This document shows positions 59,757-64,000 of a DNA stretch of 64,000 bases, piece after piece. The stretch lies in the IMG/VR virus record IMGVR_UViG_3300042307_000844; one strand, given 5' to 3'. Under the pieces are notes generated by a model. The model ran no database searches. It worked only from the letters and a program-made list of their open reading frames with translations, and was not told where the DNA came from. Origin of the DNA: a virus. Its lineage: Duplodnaviria; Caudoviricetes. A program made the translations under genes and the position numbers. Every line of letters starts with the position of its first letter. Positions within the stretch are counted from its first letter, which is position 1.

Positions 59757-60134
59757 ATGATTACAATATTAGCAGGATCAAGAGAGGGTGTCCATTACGA
59801 TGATATCCTAAAAGCCATGGAAACCTGCCCATGGTCGCCCACAGAAGTCGTGTCAGGCAAAGCCCGTGGGGTTGATACTATGGGAGAACAGTGGGCAATG
59901 GAAAATAATATTCCAATTAAAGAATTTCCTGCCGATTGGAAAAATCTAGGGAGGTCTGCTGGATATCGTAGAAATGAACAAATGGGAGATTATGCCGATG
60001 CTCTCATAGCTGTGTGGGATGGCTCAAGTAGAGGAACTGCACACATGATCAAATATGCCAAAGAAAAAGGTTTGAAAGTGTTTGTCCATGATTTAAGTAA
60101 AATCAATGAATACAAATTTCAAGATTGGATATAA
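59757..60134 (+). CDS. SLOG-superfamily protein (YspA/DUF2493-like)
   Basis: AGSRE, VVSGKARGVD, FPADW...GRSAGYRRNEQM, AVWDGSSRGTAHMI. Confidence 0.85.
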   Translation: MITILAGSREGVHYDDILKAMETCPWSPTEVVSGKARGVDTMGEQWAMENNIPIKEFPADWKNLGRSAGYRRNEQMGDYADALIAVWDGSSRGTAHMIKYAKEKGLKVFVHDLSKINEYKFQDWI

Positions 60135-60291
60135 AGTTCAAGACCCGAAATGGGGGATGTGTGAGATTGGAAGTGAGGGTTCTATGATTGAAAGTGGGGA
60201 GATTGCTTATGTGGCAATTCCTCTTGAAGAAAGATATAAAGGTTGGGGTAAATTTTGTTTACTTGAAAAAGATTTGGAACTCATTAAATAA
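60106..60291 (+). CDS. Hypothetical protein
   Basis: Operonic ORF. Confidence 0.5.
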   Translation: MNTNFKIGYKVQDPKWGMCEIGSEGSMIESGEIAYVAIPLEERYKGWGKFCLLEKDLELIK

Positions 60292-60298
60292 TTTCGTT

Positions 60299-60496
60299 AT
60301 GATTAAAATTCTAAAAAATAATAGTGTTCAATTGTGCTGCAAAGGAAAAAGTTGCCCTATCGTTACTGAACTTGCTGATGGAATGGTGGAGATTGTGGAT
60401 GATAACGGCAATCGTATCGTAGTCCGCAAGGAAGAAGCCCTCTTGATTTCCGATGGGGTGAAAACGATTGATAGTCAGAAATTGATCCTTGGATGA
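60299..60496 (+). CDS. Hypothetical protein with a Cys cluster (CCKGKSCP)
   Basis: Likely start MIKILK at 60299. Confidence 0.6.
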   Translation: MIKILKNNSVQLCCKGKSCPIVTELADGMVEIVDDNGNRIVVRKEEALLISDGVKTIDSQKLILG

Positions 60497-60801
60497 GCCT
60501 TTGGTTTCAATCATTTGTTTTAATTGGCTGTTGTTTGATCCTGAAATACGGATCAATCCTTGAGCCTATTCGTGTCTTTCTCAGACAATGGGAATTCTTT
60601 GAAAAGCTTCTCAAGTGCTGTATGTGTATGGGCTTTTGGGTGGGAGTATTCTTTGGAATATTCTGGTCTGCCCACATTTGGGAGATTCCGCTTTGGGGAT
60701 TCTACGCATCTGTAATCTGCTGGTTTGCAGACTATCTGACGATGGTGCTTGACAAATATCTGGATGATGGTAAAGTGGAGGATGAAGAAATTACCAAATA
60801 A
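60493..60801 (+). CDS. Membrane protein, DUF1360-like
   Basis: Hydrophobic helices; KLLKCCMCMGFWVG. Confidence 0.6.
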   Translation: MSLWFQSFVLIGCCLILKYGSILEPIRVFLRQWEFFEKLLKCCMCMGFWVGVFFGIFWSAHIWEIPLWGFYASVICWFADYLTMVLDKYLDDGKVEDEEITK

Positions 60802-61087
60802 TTTTCATCAGAAAACGATTGAAGAAAAATCACAGTATTTTCATTCTTTATCTGACAAAGATGTGTATGATTTATCACCATCTATGTCTTTTATATTTTA
60901 TAAAACCAATAACATCGAGGGATGTTTATATGATGGATGGTATTATGATAAGGTTGTAATTAATAAAAATGCCTCAACATATCAACAAAAATTAATTTGT
61001 AAGGTAGTGGAAAAATATTATGGGTTTTTGAAATGGGATGACATATTGGGATCGCAAAAAATAGTTAATCACATTAAAACATTATGA
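60782..61087 (+). CDS. Hypothetical protein
   Basis: Likely start MKKLPN at 60782. Confidence 0.55.
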   Translation: MKKLPNNFHQKTIEEKSQYFHSLSDKDVYDLSPSMSFIFYKTNNIEGCLYDGWYYDKVVINKNASTYQQKLICKVVEKYYGFLKWDDILGSQKIVNHIKTL

Positions 61088-61257
61088 ATAAAAAACATCC
61101 ACATTATAAGGCAACTGTTGTGAGATACAGAGGGATCGGTGGCGGATTTAAAATTAAATGCAAAGACGGATCATTGTCTGATGAAACATACGGAACTAGG
61201 AAAGGTGCGGAGAAAATGATCAACGGAACATTTGGAAGTGCTGGAGGTATTAGATGA
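61084..61257 (+). CDS. 57-aa hypothetical protein; below the ORF-track cutoff
   Basis: Manual translation MNKKHPHYKATVVRYRGIGGGFKIKCKDGSLSDETYGTRKGAEKMINGTFGSAGGIR, coupled to the upstream stop. Confidence 0.5.
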   Translation: MNKKHPHYKATVVRYRGIGGGFKIKCKDGSLSDETYGTRKGAEKMINGTFGSAGGIR

Positions 61258-61370
61258 AAACAAAGGAAGAGCTTTTAGAGGAATGGAAAGATGATGATAA
61301 TGTGGAAGGTGAATGAGTGTAAGAATGCTGGATTAAAAACTAGATTATTATAAAGTGATTAAATAATCAA

Positions 61371-62135
61371 ATGGAAAGCTTCAAGACATTTTACGAAAAA
61401 TTTGTAAACGGGGAACTCCCCCCAACCAACCGTAGGCGTAGGATGCTTCTGGAGGCGCAATACACTTACCCATCCACCGGAGATAAGGCGATAATGGATT
61501 TATATGCCTTATATGCCCTGTGGTGGGAGCTTGGAGGGGGTAAGGCTTCTTATGGCTACGAAGACACCAACGTTCGCAATTATAAGGTCAGGGAAAAGGT
61601 TGACCGCTATTTTGAGGAAGCTCTGGTGGTTATTTCCAATACCCTTTTGGAAGAATCCAAGGAAGCCATTGCAGATGAAGCTGAAAATATCTTCGACGAA
61701 TACCTAATCCCCTCTCAAGTGGTGGTGGATTGGTTTAAGGAAAATGATATGATGCCAAAATTGGCAAAAGCTTATAATGGCGGTAAAGGGGGAATTTGGT
61801 TCTCCGTGTTTGATTATGGGGATACCCTTGATATATTATCCGCGCCATTTTGGGAACAATATGCAAATCTTTATGGTGGGGATAAATGGGTGACTATTAC
61901 GGAAACCACCCGCCAACTGGATAATGCTATTCGTAGGGAGAAGGTTCAAAATCTTATGAACGCCTTTGTCAAATTCATGGACTTGGAACACAATACTGGA
62001 AGTCTTTATTCCAAACTTAAAAGAATGAAAGTATCCAAGGAAACACTTGATCTTCGGGCGGGGTTCCGTTCAGCGGAGGATTTTAAACCGCATGTCAGTC
62101 CCCAAGTGGCGAAGCTGATTGGGCTTGTGAGATAA
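61371..62135 (+). CDS. Late hypothetical protein with YGGxxW and DLEHNTG motifs
   Basis: TAAATA-N5-ATG; 254-aa ORF. Confidence 0.7.
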   Translation: MESFKTFYEKFVNGELPPTNRRRRMLLEAQYTYPSTGDKAIMDLYALYALWWELGGGKASYGYEDTNVRNYKVREKVDRYFEEALVVISNTLLEESKEAIADEAENIFDEYLIPSQVVVDWFKENDMMPKLAKAYNGGKGGIWFSVFDYGDTLDILSAPFWEQYANLYGGDKWVTITETTRQLDNAIRREKVQNLMNAFVKFMDLEHNTGSLYSKLKRMKVSKETLDLRAGFRSAEDFKPHVSPQVAKLIGLVR

Positions 62136-63659
62136 TTAATTCAATGAATGAAAATATGTAACCCATTCATTGAATTGGTTCCCCTTCAAAATACCGGAAG
62201 CAATTGTTTTCATTTCCTCTTCATTCGGTTCCCTACCAGCATTCAATTCTTCTAGAACATATTCTTGCAAGGCTGCTGTGATATCCTTGAATTTGGATTT
62301 ATCCTTGACAAGAATTGGAAACCATTGCATTAATTTATCACCACTGAAATATTGTTTCAGAAGTTTTCTGGTGTCATCTTCCGATCCTCCAATGTTGGAA
62401 ACCTTCTCTTCCGCCCTTTTGATCTTCTCCCAAAATTCCTGTTTATTGAAAAGACCAGAACCACGGGATGCTTCATCACAGTAACCAACTGCTTTGATGG
62501 TTTCCCATGATGGATTCTGAATCAGCTTGGTGAGAGTCTTGATATTCAATTTATCTAAATTGTGAACAAGCATATGTTTATCAACTGCTGCCAATATGTT
62601 CTTTTTATCTTGGGGGGATAATTCCGCAAAACGCAATCTTTTGAAAATTTCCTCAACAATGGGAACTCCCGCCGATTCGTGTCCATGATAATTACTGAAA
62701 CCATTATCTTTCTTTCCTCTGGTAGTGGCTTTCCCGAAGTCATGGAAGAGAACTGCCAGATTGATCACAGGGTCTTTGTATGGTGATGCCTTTAGACATT
62801 CATAGATGTGTCCCAGAACTTGGGAATCCCCTTCGGGGTGGTGTTGTGGGTCGTGATCATATCCTTCCATCGTGGTAAATTCGGGAAGGATATCATGGAG
62901 GATTTTGGTGTCCTGTAATTTCTTTAGGAAATTCGCAAGCGTTTGTCCCGTTTTGGCGGATTTGAAAAATTCCTTGGAAATGCTTTCTTGGGAAATTGCC
63001 TTGGGGTCTTGGAGGAGATGCTTCAATTCAATTGCGGCAGCTTTGGTATTATCCTCAATTTCAAAATCCATCTTGGCGGCAAAACGAAAGACACGGAGGA
63101 TTCTCGTAGCGTCTTCCAGAAATCTTTGTTTTGCGTCTCCCACGGCACGGACGATCTTGTTCTTCAAATCTTCCAGACCACCTTGGTAATCCACGATCTT
63201 ACCCTCTTCATCCAACCCGAAAGAATTGATTGTTAAATCTCGCCGCTCCGTATCCTTTTCAAATGAATCTGTTTCTGTTGATATGTTGGATTGTCTTCCA
63301 ATATCGCCGGAGTCGGTTCTGAATTTTGCCAGATCATAAACATAACCTTTCCAGAGAATGGCATACACGGGTTGGGAATCGTTCTTGGAAATATTTCTCA
63401 ATTCAAAATGTTTTTCCAATTCTTCCACGGGAATATTGGTAGCCAAATCCACATCATCAATTGCGTTACCCATGAGTAGATCACGGGGAACTCCCCCAAC
63501 GATATAGATTTCTCCTTGTAATTTTGCCTTGATATTCTTCATCAAATCCAAAGCAACTTGGAGTTCTTCCGATTCTTTGACAGCGGTATTCCACTTCTCA
63601 TCAAAATCCTCCACGTATTCACGCATGAGTCGGTGATATAATTTATGAAATCTTTCCAT
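62136..63659 (-). CDS. CCA-adding-type tRNA nucleotidyltransferase (class II) with an HD domain
   Basis: YIVGGVPRDLL..DDVDLAT, FRTD, RRDLTINS, RFLEDATRILRVFRFA, HHPEG, LFHDFGK; likely start MERFHK at 63659. Confidence 0.9.
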   Translation of the reverse strand: MERFHKLYHRLMREYVEDFDEKWNTAVKESEELQVALDLMKNIKAKLQGEIYIVGGVPRDLLMGNAIDDVDLATNIPVEELEKHFELRNISKNDSQPVYAILWKGYVYDLAKFRTDSGDIGRQSNISTETDSFEKDTERRDLTINSFGLDEEGKIVDYQGGLEDLKNKIVRAVGDAKQRFLEDATRILRVFRFAAKMDFEIEDNTKAAAIELKHLLQDPKAISQESISKEFFKSAKTGQTLANFLKKLQDTKILHDILPEFTTMEGYDHDPQHHPEGDSQVLGHIYECLKASPYKDPVINLAVLFHDFGKATTRGKKDNGFSNYHGHESAGVPIVEEIFKRLRFAELSPQDKKNILAAVDKHMLVHNLDKLNIKTLTKLIQNPSWETIKAVGYCDEASRGSGLFNKQEFWEKIKRAEEKVSNIGGSEDDTRKLLKQYFSGDKLMQWFPILVKDKSKFKDITAALQEYVLEELNAGREPNEEEMKTIASGILKGNQFNEWVTYFHSLN

Positions 63660-63663
63660 ATTT

Positions 63664-64000
63664 TTATAGATATTTATAATAGAGTTTATACAATTGTGGA
63701 TAATTGTATTTTTTGGATAAATCTTCAAATTCTTCAGGGTTGGTTGCTACGGTTTTCAACATGTGTAAGGCATACAATCTAAAAGCATTTATAATGTGGG
63801 GATACATATCATCAACAAATTGAACGAATTGATAATTTTTATTATCCATTTTGGGAAAGAGCATTTTGAGATTTGTGAATTCCAAATCCCCATAATTGAA
63901 ATGTGTATTACCCGACAACATATAATCAACCCCATCCAGAGGATTGGAATACGACTCGAAAAATTTGTCAAATTGTAACTGCGCCGGATCATTATCCAAC
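63664..64000 (-). CDS. Hypothetical protein, probably truncated by the window end
   Basis: The open frame reaches the window edge. Confidence 0.5.
   Translation of the reverse strand, partial: LDNDPAQLQFDKFFESYSNPLDGVDYMLSGNTHFNYGDLEFTNLKMLFPKMDNKNYQFVQFVDDMYPHIINAFRLYALHMLKTVATNPEEFEDLSKKYNYPQLYKLYYKYL

Noticed and set aside
1-64000. tRNA/tmRNA genes expected alongside the CCA enzyme
   Set aside because: No cloverleaf with a TTC loop was found by eye, and the intergenic spaces are too short; they may lie outside the window. tRNAscan-SE/ARAGORN would settle it.
1-64000. Stop-codon reassignment
   Set aside because: Core genes (gp23, gp20, nrdA/B, uvsW, thyX) are full length in the standard code; only gp46 and the gp5-like pair are split.

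Overview
This window is part of the genome of a large T4-like (myovirus) bacteriophage, AT-rich, with no identifiable host. It holds the uvsY-uvsW-gp55-gp47-gp46 recombination/late-sigma block, phoH, a 13-gene sugar-synthesis/glycosyltransferase/methyltransferase cluster and a 1340-aa fibre-like protein. Head and tail genes (gp4, gp21, gp22, gp23, gp15, gp20, gp13, gp5-like) are present but scattered. Also present are gp62, a GroES-like co-chaperonin, a DinG-like helicase, nrdA/nrdB, thyX, a ClpP-like protease, an M15 endolysin, a CCA-adding enzyme and about seven free-standing homing endonucleases. No tRNA or CRISPR array was seen. Main unexpected observations: (1) more than 25 genes have TAA(A/G)TA almost always 5 nt before the start codon, which suggests a leaderless late regulon. 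(2) gp46 is split just before its zinc hook by a 306-nt gene cassette. (3) A non-coding region beside uvsY has tandem promoters firing into G-rich tracts, a candidate R-loop origin. (4) A family of late proteins, including the CCA enzyme, has N-terminal gp21-type L/I-x-E motifs and may be capsid cargo. (5) A TM-coiled-coil-PAS protein is a candidate sensing holin. All family assignments come from motif recognition by eye; no database searches were run.
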